Shown: positions 35,292 through 45,933, numbered from the stretch's first letter. The stretch is DNA of 64,000 nt from Eubacterium sp. (GCA_017514785.1 JAFWIO010000055.1:18311-82310), one strand, 5' to 3'. The notes: a model not told the origin generated them from the letters alone. Program-made: numbers and translations.

Positions 35292-35936
35292 TTACACTTC
35301 AATATCAACTAATACTTCTGCTAGTTCAAAATCGTCAGCTTCATCTATATCAACCGCCTCTTTAAAAGAAACTTCTTTGATAAATGGTTTTTTACCTATT
35401 CTTCTATGGTATTTTTCGAATACCTCTTTGGTGAAAACATATACTCCTGAAGTTTCTTGATAAATAGGCTCTAAATCTTGTGTCCTTGGAACATTTGAAG
35501 CATCAAAGTTTAATGGTTCTCCATCTTTCCATAGATAGTCTTGAAGTTTAATTGCGCAAAACGCAGAATCATACTTTCCTGATTGAACGGCCTCAATACA
35601 TTCCTTCATAGTGTCGACAGTAATAAATGGTGCCGTGGCATGAGCATAAACATATATGTCTGCATCTTTTCCATTCATAAATGCTTCAAATATTTGCGTA
35701 AAGTTAGAAGTTGGTAAATCCAACTCTTTAGAACGCTTAACAAATGTAACACTTTCAGGAAGATACTCTACTATTTTTTCTGAACTACAAAAAACATCAA
35801 TTTCATCTACTAAATTTGTTTTAGCAAGATTGTCTAACTCGTATTGCAATAGTGGTTTGCCACCAAGATTTTTAGTGTTCTTACCTGGCAACCTTTCGTT
35901 ATTCATTTTTATAGGCATAATTGCTATTGTAGTCAT
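35292..35936 (-). CDS. Acylneuraminate cytidylyltransferase family (CMP-ulosonate synthetase-like)
   Basis: PIKMNNERLPGKN, HATAPF, RTQDL, DIDEADDF. Confidence 0.85.
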   Translation of the reverse strand: MTTIAIMPIKMNNERLPGKNTKNLGGKPLLQYELDNLAKTNLVDEIDVFCSSEKIVEYLPESVTFVKRSKELDLPTSNFTQIFEAFMNGKDADIYVYAHATAPFITVDTMKECIEAVQSGKYDSAFCAIKLQDYLWKDGEPLNFDASNVPRTQDLEPIYQETSGVYVFTKEVFEKYHRRIGKKPFIKEVSFKEAVDIDEADDFELAEVLVDIEV

Positions 35937-35948
35937 CTTTCACCTCTT

Positions 35949-37061
35949 CTATTCCTTCTCAAAATATTCATAAACTTCTTCAATGCTCTTTGGCAACCAT
36001 ATAATATCATTAAATGTTTCTGCTATTCTTCTAAGAATTTCTAATGAAGGTGTTAACAATTCATCATCAATCTCTTCACAATTCATAAGCATAATGATCT
36101 TTTGAGGTTTAGTATTAGTATTGACCAACGATGTTATTGCCGATCCTGAGGCTATAGTTACAAGAGTCTTATCACTTAAATCATTATTTAAAGCTATTAT
36201 TTCCCAAGGAATTGAAGTATCCTTGTTAACTTTAATACCCACTTTATTAAATCTATTCACAGGGTTTCTTGGGTGCATTTTTAATAAAAATTCATCCAAA
36301 CCAACTTTATTTGCTATTTGCTTTATTACATCCTCGTCACCAATATCAATTGAATCAGCGAAATATGATTCTTCAAAAAATATAACTCCTTCTGAGTATG
36401 AATCAATTATAGTTCTAACTCCAAATATCCTATTATAAGTCTCGACCAAGTCATTATTATTTGAATCTATTTTTTCTATTTCAATAACCGGAAATGGTGG
36501 TTTCCAATCTAAAATATTGGGGGAGAATAAATACATACCTTTTAAATCAAAAAAGAACTCAAAACTAGCTTTTCTATATACTCTTATCAACTTCTGTCTA
36601 ATGGTATTCTTTTTATTGATTTTTTCAAAAAAACCACAACATTCTTTTGAATATGTTGAAAAACCATCTTCAAATAAGTATGTGTTAACTTCTTTTTTTC
36701 GCTTGAGGGTTCTATATAAAATAGTTGCTACTTTTGCTATATTTCCACAAAACAAATTATCATATTTCCCAAAATTTATTTTATGGATATTTATATTTAA
36801 TTTAGATAGCAAGAATGAAGCGACGAAAAACAATCCACTTTTGTTTGTATATTTATTTTTAATTCTCCATAATGTGACTCTATTAAAAACACCAGACTTT
36901 TCAATATTTGTATATAATCTTTCGTAGTCCGCAATTTTATCTGTAACAATAATATCATTTACATCATTTTCATATTCACTTTTTGCAATCTGTGTGGCAA
37001 CAATCACTTGATATGGTGTATTACATAGAAACAGGTTCTTCATCTTCTTCTCTCTTTTCAA
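35949..37061 (-). CDS. Putative sialyltransferase-like (ulosonate) glycosyltransferase
   Basis: N-terminal TPYQ, FEDG (D/E-D/E-G) and KMHPR (HP) motifs of bacterial sialyltransferases. Confidence 0.65.
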   Translation of the reverse strand: MKREKKMKNLFLCNTPYQVIVATQIAKSEYENDVNDIIVTDKIADYERLYTNIEKSGVFNRVTLWRIKNKYTNKSGLFFVASFLLSKLNINIHKINFGKYDNLFCGNIAKVATILYRTLKRKKEVNTYLFEDGFSTYSKECCGFFEKINKKNTIRQKLIRVYRKASFEFFFDLKGMYLFSPNILDWKPPFPVIEIEKIDSNNNDLVETYNRIFGVRTIIDSYSEGVIFFEESYFADSIDIGDEDVIKQIANKVGLDEFLLKMHPRNPVNRFNKVGIKVNKDTSIPWEIIALNNDLSDKTLVTIASGSAITSLVNTNTKPQKIIMLMNCEEIDDELLTPSLEILRRIAETFNDIIWLPKSIEEVYEYFEKE

Positions 37062-38319
37062 TAGTCTTATTAATTTTCATAAAAATAGAATATGGACTTT
37101 CAGCCAATGCTAATGGTATTAAAAAATAAATCATTTGTGTGTCAAAATACTTAAAGCAGTTATCTGTTAAATAAAGAATAAAAACAAACACTGTTAGCAG
37201 CAAATAACACTCGGCAGAAACTACACTACTCTTTTTATATAGTTTTTTAGTTTTGATGTAAAAAGAATAAACAATCCATAGGATAAATACAACAAATCCA
37301 TTTTCAATATATAATGTTAAAATATTGCTATGAATACCCGCTGGGACTCCATATCCATTTATTCTAAATCCACTTAAGAACAAATTAGCAAATAGTTCCG
37401 AAAAATACGTGAATCCTAATCCTGAAAATGTTGGACTTATTTCAAAGTATTGTTTTGCATATCCGTAATAATCCAACCTTCCTTTTGTGTTTATATCATA
37501 AATGGCGACTAATTGATCTAGTAAACCACTATCAATCATATAAACAAACCCTAAACTGACGATTATAAAAATAATGGTTAATGTAACAGACCTAAAGGTG
37601 ATTTTTTTACCCCATTTCAATAAAGCAAAGTATATAATAATTGCTATTAATAACGCCAAAATCTCAATTCTTTTTAGTCCTAAAAAAATCAATAATCCTG
37701 AGAGTATCACTTTCATATAATGATGTTTAGTATTTTTATCTTCAAAAAAAAGATAGTAAAGGAAGAAAATACCCATAGCAAAGGTCAGATCATGTACTTC
37801 CATAACAAAATTAGCTGCATTGTCTGCACCAAATATCAGGCTCTGAACATAAAGGAATATTCCACTTACACCATATTGAAAAATTAAACATAAAACAGAA
37901 CCAAGGAAATACGATATACAACCAGCATAAAATAAATAATCAATACTCTTCTTTCCAAAATAAAAATAACCAATACTTGCAAACCCCCATGCTAGACACA
38001 TATATAAAACTGTACTTACCAACCTTGGTGCATTCTCAATAATGTTATTTGATTTCACAACCCAAATGATAATTGCATATGCTGACATAAAGAGGATAGG
38101 AAAAACCATCAACAGAAACTGTCTTCTAATATTCTTCGCTCTAAAACTACTGTTCTTTATTAGAATGATTATAAGAAAAAAACACCATATACCAGAAATG
38201 ATATACTTAATAAAAAAGTTTACATTTATTCCCCAAAACCTTAATGTCATAACTATTACTGCACTGACAAGGAATAACAGCTTCTTTTTTTCAATTTTCA
38301 TCAGTCTTTCAAGAATCAT
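37021..38319 (-). CDS. wzy: Polysaccharide polymerase (Wzy-like)
   Basis: Many TM segments, KR motif, GR..Y, GLG, HSNILTLYIENG. Confidence 0.7.
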   Translation of the reverse strand: MILERLMKIEKKKLLFLVSAVIVMTLRFWGINVNFFIKYIISGIWCFFLIIILIKNSSFRAKNIRRQFLLMVFPILFMSAYAIIIWVVKSNNIIENAPRLVSTVLYMCLAWGFASIGYFYFGKKSIDYLFYAGCISYFLGSVLCLIFQYGVSGIFLYVQSLIFGADNAANFVMEVHDLTFAMGIFFLYYLFFEDKNTKHHYMKVILSGLLIFLGLKRIEILALLIAIIIYFALLKWGKKITFRSVTLTIIFIIVSLGFVYMIDSGLLDQLVAIYDINTKGRLDYYGYAKQYFEISPTFSGLGFTYFSELFANLFLSGFRINGYGVPAGIHSNILTLYIENGFVVFILWIVYSFYIKTKKLYKKSSVVSAECYLLLTVFVFILYLTDNCFKYFDTQMIYFLIPLALAESPYSIFMKINKTIEKREEDEEPVSM

Positions 38320-38393
38320 TTTTTGTTTTTTCGTATCTAATTCTAATACGTTTTACCTTTCATGTTACTTTCTTTTACAAATAATAAATCATT

Positions 38394-39419
38394 TTAGCGT
38401 CTATTGTTATTTTTAATCATATGGTATAGACTCCATCCCATATGCCTTTTTGCCGCGAAAAAGAACAAGCGTTTTTTTATAGGTAAATGCTTTGTTGAGT
38501 AAACATTTACCACCTCACTAAAGAGATTTCTTTTAGTAATATTTTTTAGTAGTTTAATAGCCTCTTTTTTTTCTAATTGATTAACAAATTCTTTCATTAC
38601 TGCTTTATAGTCAAAAATATATGTCAATTGCATTCTTGTGATAATCTCATTTCTACTAGCAAACTCCTTAGAATCTTCCACAACTCTCTTGTATAATTGA
38701 TCATATTTTTCAAATTTAGTCATATCTGCTGTATGGGTTAGGGAATTCTCGCTTAGTCTATAATGATATCCCGAGTCTTCACTCATAATTGCCTTCTTAG
38801 CATATTTATAGAATCTCAGATTGAACAACATATCCTCTGATGCCCAAAGTCTCTCTGATTCAAATCTAATTTTATGTTGCTCAATAAGACTTCTTTTATA
38901 CAAACCTCTCCAAACAGATACTCCTAAATAATTGTCATCAAATTGATCTGCTCCAATCAAAGCAGGCAATAATGTACTTGATATTTCTTCTCCTTCAAAG
39001 CACTTACCAGCAAAAATATTCGGAATGATATCTGTTACTCCATTATATTCTCGACACGCTCCTTCTAGACATACATCTGAATTAGATTCATATATCAACT
39101 TAATCATACTGTCAAATCTATCCAGGGATATATAGTCATCAGAATCCACAAAGGCAACAAACTCTCCAGTAGCAGCATCTAGCCCGCTATTTCTAGCTAA
39201 GCCTAGTCCAGCATTCTTTTTATGAATTACTTTTATTCTATTATCTATCTTTGCATAATTGTCACATATCTGAGAACAATTGTCTGGTGATTCATCATCT
39301 ACAAGTATTATCTCTATATTTTTATATGTTTGATTCCTTATGGATTCCAAACATTTATCAATGTATTTCTCAACATTATAAACCGGAACAATTACACTAA
39401 TTAATGCATTTAGAGACAT
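38394..39419 (-). CDS. Glycosyltransferase family 2
   Basis: ISVIVPVYNVEKY, VDDES, FVDSDD, SED. Confidence 0.92.
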   Translation of the reverse strand: MSLNALISVIVPVYNVEKYIDKCLESIRNQTYKNIEIILVDDESPDNCSQICDNYAKIDNRIKVIHKKNAGLGLARNSGLDAATGEFVAFVDSDDYISLDRFDSMIKLIYESNSDVCLEGACREYNGVTDIIPNIFAGKCFEGEEISSTLLPALIGADQFDDNYLGVSVWRGLYKRSLIEQHKIRFESERLWASEDMLFNLRFYKYAKKAIMSEDSGYHYRLSENSLTHTADMTKFEKYDQLYKRVVEDSKEFASRNEIITRMQLTYIFDYKAVMKEFVNQLEKKEAIKLLKNITKRNLFSEVVNVYSTKHLPIKKRLFFFAAKRHMGWSLYHMIKNNNRR

Positions 39420-39435
39420 CTCAATTCCTTTCTCA

Positions 39436-40248
39436 CTAATCTATGGATACTTTATATACATCATGCCCAGAATTTCTTTTATCCTCTGGTGGCAAGGCCA
39501 TATAATCTTTATACAAACGAGTTAGATTTTCTTTCCAGTTTTTTGGTGCATTTACAACTGTATCTTCAAAAGGAAGCTCTATTAGTGATTCGAAATCACT
39601 CACTTCAAAATACAACCTATCTGTTTCGTAATTACTAGAAAACATGCTTGCAACATATTTTTTATCTTTTCTCTTTCTAATTACTAGCTTATTTTGAATT
39701 ATTATTAATAGTGATTTGGGAAGAACACTAATTATTTTTGAAACACCATTAATGAGTTTTTTAGAACCCTCCCTTTCCATATGGCACCCTTCCTTGTTCC
39801 ATATAGCAAAGGTGATGAATCTAGAAATCGTTCTTCGAAACTTTGTTTTTTTCATTCCTGGTTTCTTAATGTAATCTAATGGGAATATATCAATAAATAC
39901 TCCACTCTTAGATTTGTTATTCTTTCTGAATCCCTCAATATATTCCGTATTATTTTTCAATAATTTTGCGTATGGTTGATAATAATAAGGATCCGTCGAA
40001 TAGTCTTGTATGTATAAACCCTCAATGGGGTCTTTTTTTAGTAATCTGACTAATTCATTATACTCCTCTCTGATTAGTGCAATATCCACATCATCATCCC
40101 AAGGAATTATTCCTTTATGACGAATAGCCCCGAGAAGTGAACCACAAATCACTGAGTAATTTAATTTCTTTTCTTTACAGTAATTATGCAGTTTCTTTAT
40201 CATATCTACTTGTATAATATGTATTTTTTCTAGCGTTTTTTTATCCAT
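39436..40248 (-). CDS. licD: LicD family phosphotransferase
   Basis: GSLLGAIRHKGIIPWDDDVDI, IDIFPLD, Y.DYM.LPP..R..GH. Confidence 0.9.
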   Translation of the reverse strand: MDKKTLEKIHIIQVDMIKKLHNYCKEKKLNYSVICGSLLGAIRHKGIIPWDDDVDIALIREEYNELVRLLKKDPIEGLYIQDYSTDPYYYQPYAKLLKNNTEYIEGFRKNNKSKSGVFIDIFPLDYIKKPGMKKTKFRRTISRFITFAIWNKEGCHMEREGSKKLINGVSKIISVLPKSLLIIIQNKLVIRKRKDKKYVASMFSSNYETDRLYFEVSDFESLIELPFEDTVVNAPKNWKENLTRLYKDYMALPPEDKRNSGHDVYKVSID

Positions 40249-40284
40249 TATTTCTAATTGCCTAATACAGACAACCCTTTCATG

Positions 40285-41496
40285 CTATCTTTTAATCAAT
40301 AGTTTTACTTTTCTTTTTAATTTGCCTGGGATGAGTTTTGATAATATATTTTTCATCTTTTCTGGTTTTCCTATACACTCAACTATCAGTTTTTCAAATT
40401 CTTTGGAATTATAGTCTTCAAAGAACTTATTTCTATTAGTATGAACTTCAGATGATCTAACAAGTTGTGAATTGTTATTCAAAAGATATTCTACAGTGGT
40501 TTCTTTTGTTTCCAATCCTTCCATATTATCAAAGATTTCTTTTCCTCTTTCTGAGTTAATCAATAAACAGGATACTCCTGTATAATCAACATACTCTGTA
40601 TATTTCTTTTGTATATTCCAATAGTCTCCTATCGTAATATCTGATAATCTATCAGGATTTGCGTATGGGCATGAATAGCAACTTTCTCTATAAAATAATC
40701 CTGTTCTGAACCCTCGCAAATATGAATTAGTTTTATTATTCCCAAGTAAGACTTGTCCATCTTCTAATGTGACTTTTACTAAATCAGAATGTGTTTCTCC
40801 ATAAATATCCTTCTTCTTATGTCTAAAGACAACATTTATTACTTTTTTATTATGCTTTTTCTCTATACTATTAATATATTTGTGAAATATACTATTTCCT
40901 GGCACGCCATGGCACACCAAATCAACGGTATAGAGTTTTTCATATTCTTTTTCTAAGTAATGTTTTAATTCAGCTATCTGACAAGGTGTTCCCGAAAAAA
41001 GAACTGCTTCATCATTATCAAGTTTTTCTTTAGTTATAGCAAACACTTCGTGAGTATCACTTTGCACATACTTTGATTTTCTAAATATATCAACTTCATC
41101 AACTGGCAACAATTCATGTTTAACACTTATTGACTTTTGCCATGTGGCTCCTGCTACATATAAGTTTTTATGTTTTTTCTTTAATGCATTTACAACTCCA
41201 ATAAATGCCCCACCAGAAGCACTCTTACTTCTTTCCTTCTTATCATTTATTATTGCCACATAAGCTTTCTTATTTTCGTAACTATACTTCGGTATTTTTT
41301 TCTTGAATCCACAAACATTTCTACACTTACCACAGTTAATACATTTCAAATTATCTATTTGTGGATACAATGCTTTGTCTTTACCTTCTACCATACTAAT
41401 AGCATTGCAAGGACAAACGCTAACACATGCCCCACACCCACAACAAGCGCTTGGTTTGTTGCTATCAAGATATGTTGTTCTGTTCTCTGTATTCAA
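40285..41496 (-). CDS. Second F420 hydrogenase beta-subunit-like protein with 4Fe-4S domain
   Basis: CCGCGAC..CP, CINCGKC, SASGG, SKYVQS, GTPCQ, CHGVP. Confidence 0.85.
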   Translation of the reverse strand: MNTENRTTYLDSNKPSACCGCGACVSVCPCNAISMVEGKDKALYPQIDNLKCINCGKCRNVCGFKKKIPKYSYENKKAYVAIINDKKERSKSASGGAFIGVVNALKKKHKNLYVAGATWQKSISVKHELLPVDEVDIFRKSKYVQSDTHEVFAITKEKLDNDEAVLFSGTPCQIAELKHYLEKEYEKLYTVDLVCHGVPGNSIFHKYINSIEKKHNKKVINVVFRHKKKDIYGETHSDLVKVTLEDGQVLLGNNKTNSYLRGFRTGLFYRESCYSCPYANPDRLSDITIGDYWNIQKKYTEYVDYTGVSCLLINSERGKEIFDNMEGLETKETTVEYLLNNNSQLVRSSEVHTNRNKFFEDYNSKEFEKLIVECIGKPEKMKNILSKLIPGKLKRKVKLLIKR

Positions 41497-41498
41497 AA

Positions 41499-41948
41499 CT
41501 AAATCTTCCCACCTTGATTTTCTCTTATTTTTTGCAGTACCTCTGTTAACATAGTAGAAGATGTTCCTTCTGTATGAGGGAGGAATACGAATTCCACTCC
41601 TGTCCCTTCAAACTCTTCTACATATTTATTGTACATATCACTATTCTTCCAATCGTCTCCATGGAAAAGCGCTTCATAGTGTAGTTTTTCCCATGCAGCA
41701 AACTTATCCATTGTAGTTTGAGGTACAACTTCATCCACATATTTAAGAGACTCTATTATTTCCTTTCGTTCCTCAAATGGAATAATAGGATATTTATTCT
41801 TATACTCTTTTACCAATTCGTCTGTGCTCACTCCTACTATTAGATGCTCGCATTGTTCTTTTGCTCTTCTAATTATATTTAAGTGACCTATATGAAAAAG
41901 ATCAAAAACTCCTGTTGTATAGCCAACCTTATATTTCTTCTCGCTCAT
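41499..41948 (-). CDS. TagD-like (glycerol-3-phosphate-type) cytidylyltransferase
   Basis: GVFDLFHIGHLN, GVSTD, HGDDW, TEGTSST. Confidence 0.85.
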   Translation of the reverse strand: MSEKKYKVGYTTGVFDLFHIGHLNIIRRAKEQCEHLIVGVSTDELVKEYKNKYPIIPFEERKEIIESLKYVDEVVPQTTMDKFAAWEKLHYEALFHGDDWKNSDMYNKYVEEFEGTGVEFVFLPHTEGTSSTMLTEVLQKIRENQGGKI

Positions 41949-41964
41949 CCTATCCTTCTTTCTA

Positions 41965-43137
41965 TTATTTCATCTGTTCTGCAATATCTGCATCTACTAT
42001 CTCTTCACCTGACTTGTCTTTAAGCTGTTCTTTACTTGCTTCACTAAGTCCATCATTTAATACTGCATTGAAATCGCAAGTACTGCACTTATCTAACTCT
42101 TCTTTAGTAACTTTACCATCGCGGTAATCTCTGACTATCTTTAGTTCATACATAGAGTATTTTTTCTTTGTCCAGAATTTAATCTTATGTCTAAATACCC
42201 ACCATGCTGGTTTCCAAATATATTTTCTCATGGCTGGTGATACTGAACCTATCATCCAACAATCTCTATCGCAGCAACGAACTTTGCTTCTCACCTTATC
42301 TGCTTGTTCACTTTCCCAGAGTTCATTCCACTCTTTTACTTCGTTCACATTGCCCATGACTTCTTTGTCTTTTGTTCCATTACATGGCATTACATCACCA
42401 TAAGGATCAATAAAGAATGTATCGAAAGCCATATCACAAGGAAGAAGTCTCTTCTGTCCATAAATATAATTAATCAAACCATGATTGAAGTATGCTCTAA
42501 ACCATTTCTTAGGGCTATTTGATGCTAGTAGCTTATTAACTAGTTTTTCAAACTCTGCTGCTACCATTGGTCTGTCATGAATAATATTCTTTGCCTCCAC
42601 AAAGTAGAATGAATTGTGAAGTGATGCTGTTGCAAACTCCATATTCATTTCATTTGATAAATCATAAAGTGCCACTAAATCTTTAGCATTAGCATCCTGT
42701 ACAGTCATACCAAAGCCTACATCTTTCATTCCCATCTCTACTAGTTTTTTTAGTGTAGTGTAGCCCTTGTTAAATCCATCATCCAATCCACGGATTTTGT
42801 TATTTGTATCTTCTAATCCTTCAATAGAAATTCTAATTCCAATCTCAGGGAACTCTTTACACAAATCAACAATTCTATCTGTAAAGAATCCATTAGTTGA
42901 AATAACAATGCGTTCACTCTTCTTATATAGCTCGCGAACGATATCTTTTAAATCTTCACGGATGAAAGGCTCTCCACCAGTTATGTTTGTAAAATACATT
43001 TCAGGTAGTTTCTTAATAGCCTCTACTGTTATCTCTTCTTCTGGTTTAGATGGTGCTTTAAATCTGTTACACATGTTGCATCTAGCATTACATCTATATG
43101 TCACAATTACTGTTCCATTTAATTTCTTATTGCTCAT
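41965..43137 (-). CDS. Radical SAM protein with SPASM/twitch domain
   Basis: [30 protein letters not shown]. Confidence 0.9.
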   Translation of the reverse strand: MSNKKLNGTVIVTYRCNARCNMCNRFKAPSKPEEEITVEAIKKLPEMYFTNITGGEPFIREDLKDIVRELYKKSERIVISTNGFFTDRIVDLCKEFPEIGIRISIEGLEDTNNKIRGLDDGFNKGYTTLKKLVEMGMKDVGFGMTVQDANAKDLVALYDLSNEMNMEFATASLHNSFYFVEAKNIIHDRPMVAAEFEKLVNKLLASNSPKKWFRAYFNHGLINYIYGQKRLLPCDMAFDTFFIDPYGDVMPCNGTKDKEVMGNVNEVKEWNELWESEQADKVRSKVRCCDRDCWMIGSVSPAMRKYIWKPAWWVFRHKIKFWTKKKYSMYELKIVRDYRDGKVTKEELDKCSTCDFNAVLNDGLSEASKEQLKDKSGEEIVDADIAEQMK

Positions 43138-43633
43138 TCTTTTTCACCTTTTTATTATTTGTATATTCCAATCTCTTTTTATACAAATCTCTTGTATCTC
43201 CTATTACTTTAGCAGGATTACCTGCCACAATTGCATACGGAGGAACATCTTTTGTTACCACACTTCCTGCAGCCACTAAAGCGTTATTACCAATTGACAC
43301 ATTATAAAGAATCAGACTCCTAGCACCAATCACCACATTATTGTCTATAGTAATCTCCCCTGTGTAATAATCTATTTCGGGACCATTGTAATTAGAATCA
43401 AGAATCCACATTCTTCTTACTAAATCGTGCTCATAGAATCTTACATCCGCACAAATTGTTACATTATCCCCGATAGAAATCAATTCGGGGTGAGTTGGCA
43501 ACCATACAGGGTGCCAATATCCACCCTCACCATAATTCTTAAAAATATTTGCTTTTCTAACAGTATTAACTTTTTTTCTATGTTTGCCAAATACATTTAG
43601 AATGAATAGTTTTGTTAAAACTCGTTTTTTCAT
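43127..43633 (-). CDS. Hexapeptide-repeat O-acetyltransferase
   Basis: [36 protein letters not shown]. Confidence 0.88.
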   Translation of the reverse strand: MKKRVLTKLFILNVFGKHRKKVNTVRKANIFKNYGEGGYWHPVWLPTHPELISIGDNVTICADVRFYEHDLVRRMWILDSNYNGPEIDYYTGEITIDNNVVIGARSLILYNVSIGNNALVAAGSVVTKDVPPYAIVAGNPAKVIGDTRDLYKKRLEYTNNKKVKKNEQ

Positions 43634-43636
43634 TAG

Positions 43637-44842
43637 CTACCTTTCCTTATAATAAGTTATTAATTTATTTGTATAATTCTCTAAATCGTCAAAGTCTATA
43701 TATTTACAATTTCTTGAATACTCATCTGTCTTTTGCTTGTTATTGTATAGACTAATTATTTTCTCTTTTAATTCTTCTTTGTTTCCACTCTCAAATAATT
43801 CGCCTGTAAGTCCAACCTTTATAAGCTCAGGTATGCCACCGATATTTGCTCCAAGTACTGGCGTTCCATATACCTGGCTTTCCATTACAGAGAATGGACA
43901 GTTTTCATACCACTCAGAGGGATAAACACTAAACCTAGCTTCTCTAATTAGTTTTTCTAATTCCTCTCCCGACTTAAATCCTACATTTTTAATGTTTGGT
44001 ATATCTTTAAGTTCATCTTCTAAAGGTCCCGTTCCAGCAAATATATAATTAACATCTGGTAATTCTTTACAAACCTCAATTAGGGTATCTATACCTTTTT
44101 CAGCAGAAAATCTTCCAAAGTATAATACATAATCTTTCTTCACTACTTCTTTTGGTTCTACTTTATCTATAAAGTTATGAATTGCTACTGTTTTATCTTT
44201 AAATATAGGATTTGTATCCATCTTGCTCTTCATAAACTCAGAACAACAAATCACAGTGTCTATCTTTTTATATACACCCTTCCACTTCCAAAACTTAGCT
44301 TCCGCCATACCTATAGCAGACTTCATTGTGGACCCGTGAATACATTTTCCCTTTAAACAACAAAAAAAGTGTCCACCAACACATTTTTCGCAGTTCTCGT
44401 GTGTTGATGGATTATTCATCATGTGGTTAGGACAAATAAGTTGATAATCATGTGCTGTGAAAATAATCTTTACTTTATGTTTTGTCTGCTTTTCCCATTT
44501 TCTAACTTCTAGAATAATGGATGGTGTGAGTTGATAATTAAAGTTATTTATATGTACAACATTAGGTTTGAAGTCATCTAGTACTAATCTTATTTTCTTT
44601 CTAGCTTCTTTAGAGTAAATAGTCTTAAGTGGATATGTTATTTTTGATAATTTGCTTCCTTCATGGAAGTCCATATCTGTAGTGTACGCATTAATACTAT
44701 TACCTACGCATCTACCTTCATGTTCCATACCAAAGTACTCTACCTGGTGTCCTTGACTTTCAAGATAGTCACCAAGTTTAAACATATATGTCTCAGATCC
44801 GCCATTAGGATATAAGAATTTGTTCACCATTAATACTTTCAT
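43637..44842 (-). CDS. Glycosyltransferase family 4
   Basis: GGSETY, YFGRFSAEKG, PSEWYENCPFSVME. Confidence 0.9.
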   Translation of the reverse strand: MKVLMVNKFLYPNGGSETYMFKLGDYLESQGHQVEYFGMEHEGRCVGNSINAYTTDMDFHEGSKLSKITYPLKTIYSKEARKKIRLVLDDFKPNVVHINNFNYQLTPSIILEVRKWEKQTKHKVKIIFTAHDYQLICPNHMMNNPSTHENCEKCVGGHFFCCLKGKCIHGSTMKSAIGMAEAKFWKWKGVYKKIDTVICCSEFMKSKMDTNPIFKDKTVAIHNFIDKVEPKEVVKKDYVLYFGRFSAEKGIDTLIEVCKELPDVNYIFAGTGPLEDELKDIPNIKNVGFKSGEELEKLIREARFSVYPSEWYENCPFSVMESQVYGTPVLGANIGGIPELIKVGLTGELFESGNKEELKEKIISLYNNKQKTDEYSRNCKYIDFDDLENYTNKLITYYKER

Positions 44843-45933
44843 TATTCTCTACTACCTTGTTTTCCCTCTTTAAGTGCAAATCTGTTAATAATAGTCGCAA
44901 TGTATTTAATTATTTTACTAACAACAAAGGAAAAAATAATACTGCCAATTAAAACTAATAACACAGTGATAGTGTATTGTACTACACCATTTCCAAATCT
45001 ATTACTCAACCCTAGTTTTTGTATTATGCGAAAGATAAACATATGCGATAAATATATTTCCAATGAAATACCAGAAATAAAAGTCACAAACTTATTATTC
45101 AAAATAGTGAGTTTACTGTTCTGTAGCACTATTGCATATATTAGAATTACCGAAACTACAAGTATCAAAAAAATCTTATGCGGATGGTATAAATAATAAA
45201 AAACACAAACAATTATCATTACGCCAAGCCATAACCATCTATTAATCTTTTCTAATCTTTCTCTATATAGATAGATTAATGCTCCTGCAATGAAAAAGCT
45301 CCCACTATAAAGAATATTCAATCTTCCTAAATGGAAGTAATTTATTGATGCGATAGTCCATAGAACCGCAATCGCTAAAGAAATCCATGCACTTTTTTTG
45401 TCTTTCGTAATAACACAAAAAAATGGAAATATCATGTAGAAAACAAAAATGATTCCAATAAACCATCCAACTCCAATCACTGATAAATTCTTATTGGTAA
45501 AGCCAAACACTAGTGTTAAATCAGCAAATCCTTCATACAATGCCTTTATTGAATGTTCACTTATAACATCAATTAATACTAATAATCCAAAAAATGGTAG
45601 AATTTTTTGTACTCTTTTTTTATAAAATGTTGAAAAATCAATTTTGTTATCTAGAATCTTTTTATGATATCCACAGCACAATCCAAATGCAGAGATTGTC
45701 ATAAAGAGCATAACCACATATGTAGATAACGGCAAAAAATTGTTATAAAAATAACCTTTGATTTGATAGTTATTCTGAGCTTTCATATGGATTATAACCA
45801 CCATAAAACAAGCTATAGCTTTTATTCCATTTAGTGCATCATATTTTTTTTGATTTACAGCACCCACTGACTTAATTCTCCTCATATAGTTTAGTTGTTT
45901 CATCCACCACATACTCCCAATTATATTTCTCAC
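44842..45933 (-). CDS. Acyltransferase family 3
   Basis: YDALNGIK..H, FMTISAF, KR..ILP, IYLSH; true start probably internal. Confidence 0.8.
   Translation of the reverse strand: MRNIIGSMWWMKQLNYMRRIKSVGAVNQKKYDALNGIKAIACFMVVIIHMKAQNNYQIKGYFYNNFLPLSTYVVMLFMTISAFGLCCGYHKKILDNKIDFSTFYKKRVQKILPFFGLLVLIDVISEHSIKALYEGFADLTLVFGFTNKNLSVIGVGWFIGIIFVFYMIFPFFCVITKDKKSAWISLAIAVLWTIASINYFHLGRLNILYSGSFFIAGALIYLYRERLEKINRWLWLGVMIIVCVFYYLYHPHKIFLILVVSVILIYAIVLQNSKLTILNNKFVTFISGISLEIYLSHMFIFRIIQKLGLSNRFGNGVVQYTITVLLVLIGSIIFSFVVSKIIKYIATIINRFALKEGKQGSRE

Noticed and set aside
41965-43137. Fosfomycin-like antibiotic pathway (Fom3-type methyltransferase acting on HEP-CMP)
   Set aside because: The radical SAM lacks an N-terminal cobalamin-binding domain and there is no epoxidase or resistance gene; the context is a capsule locus.
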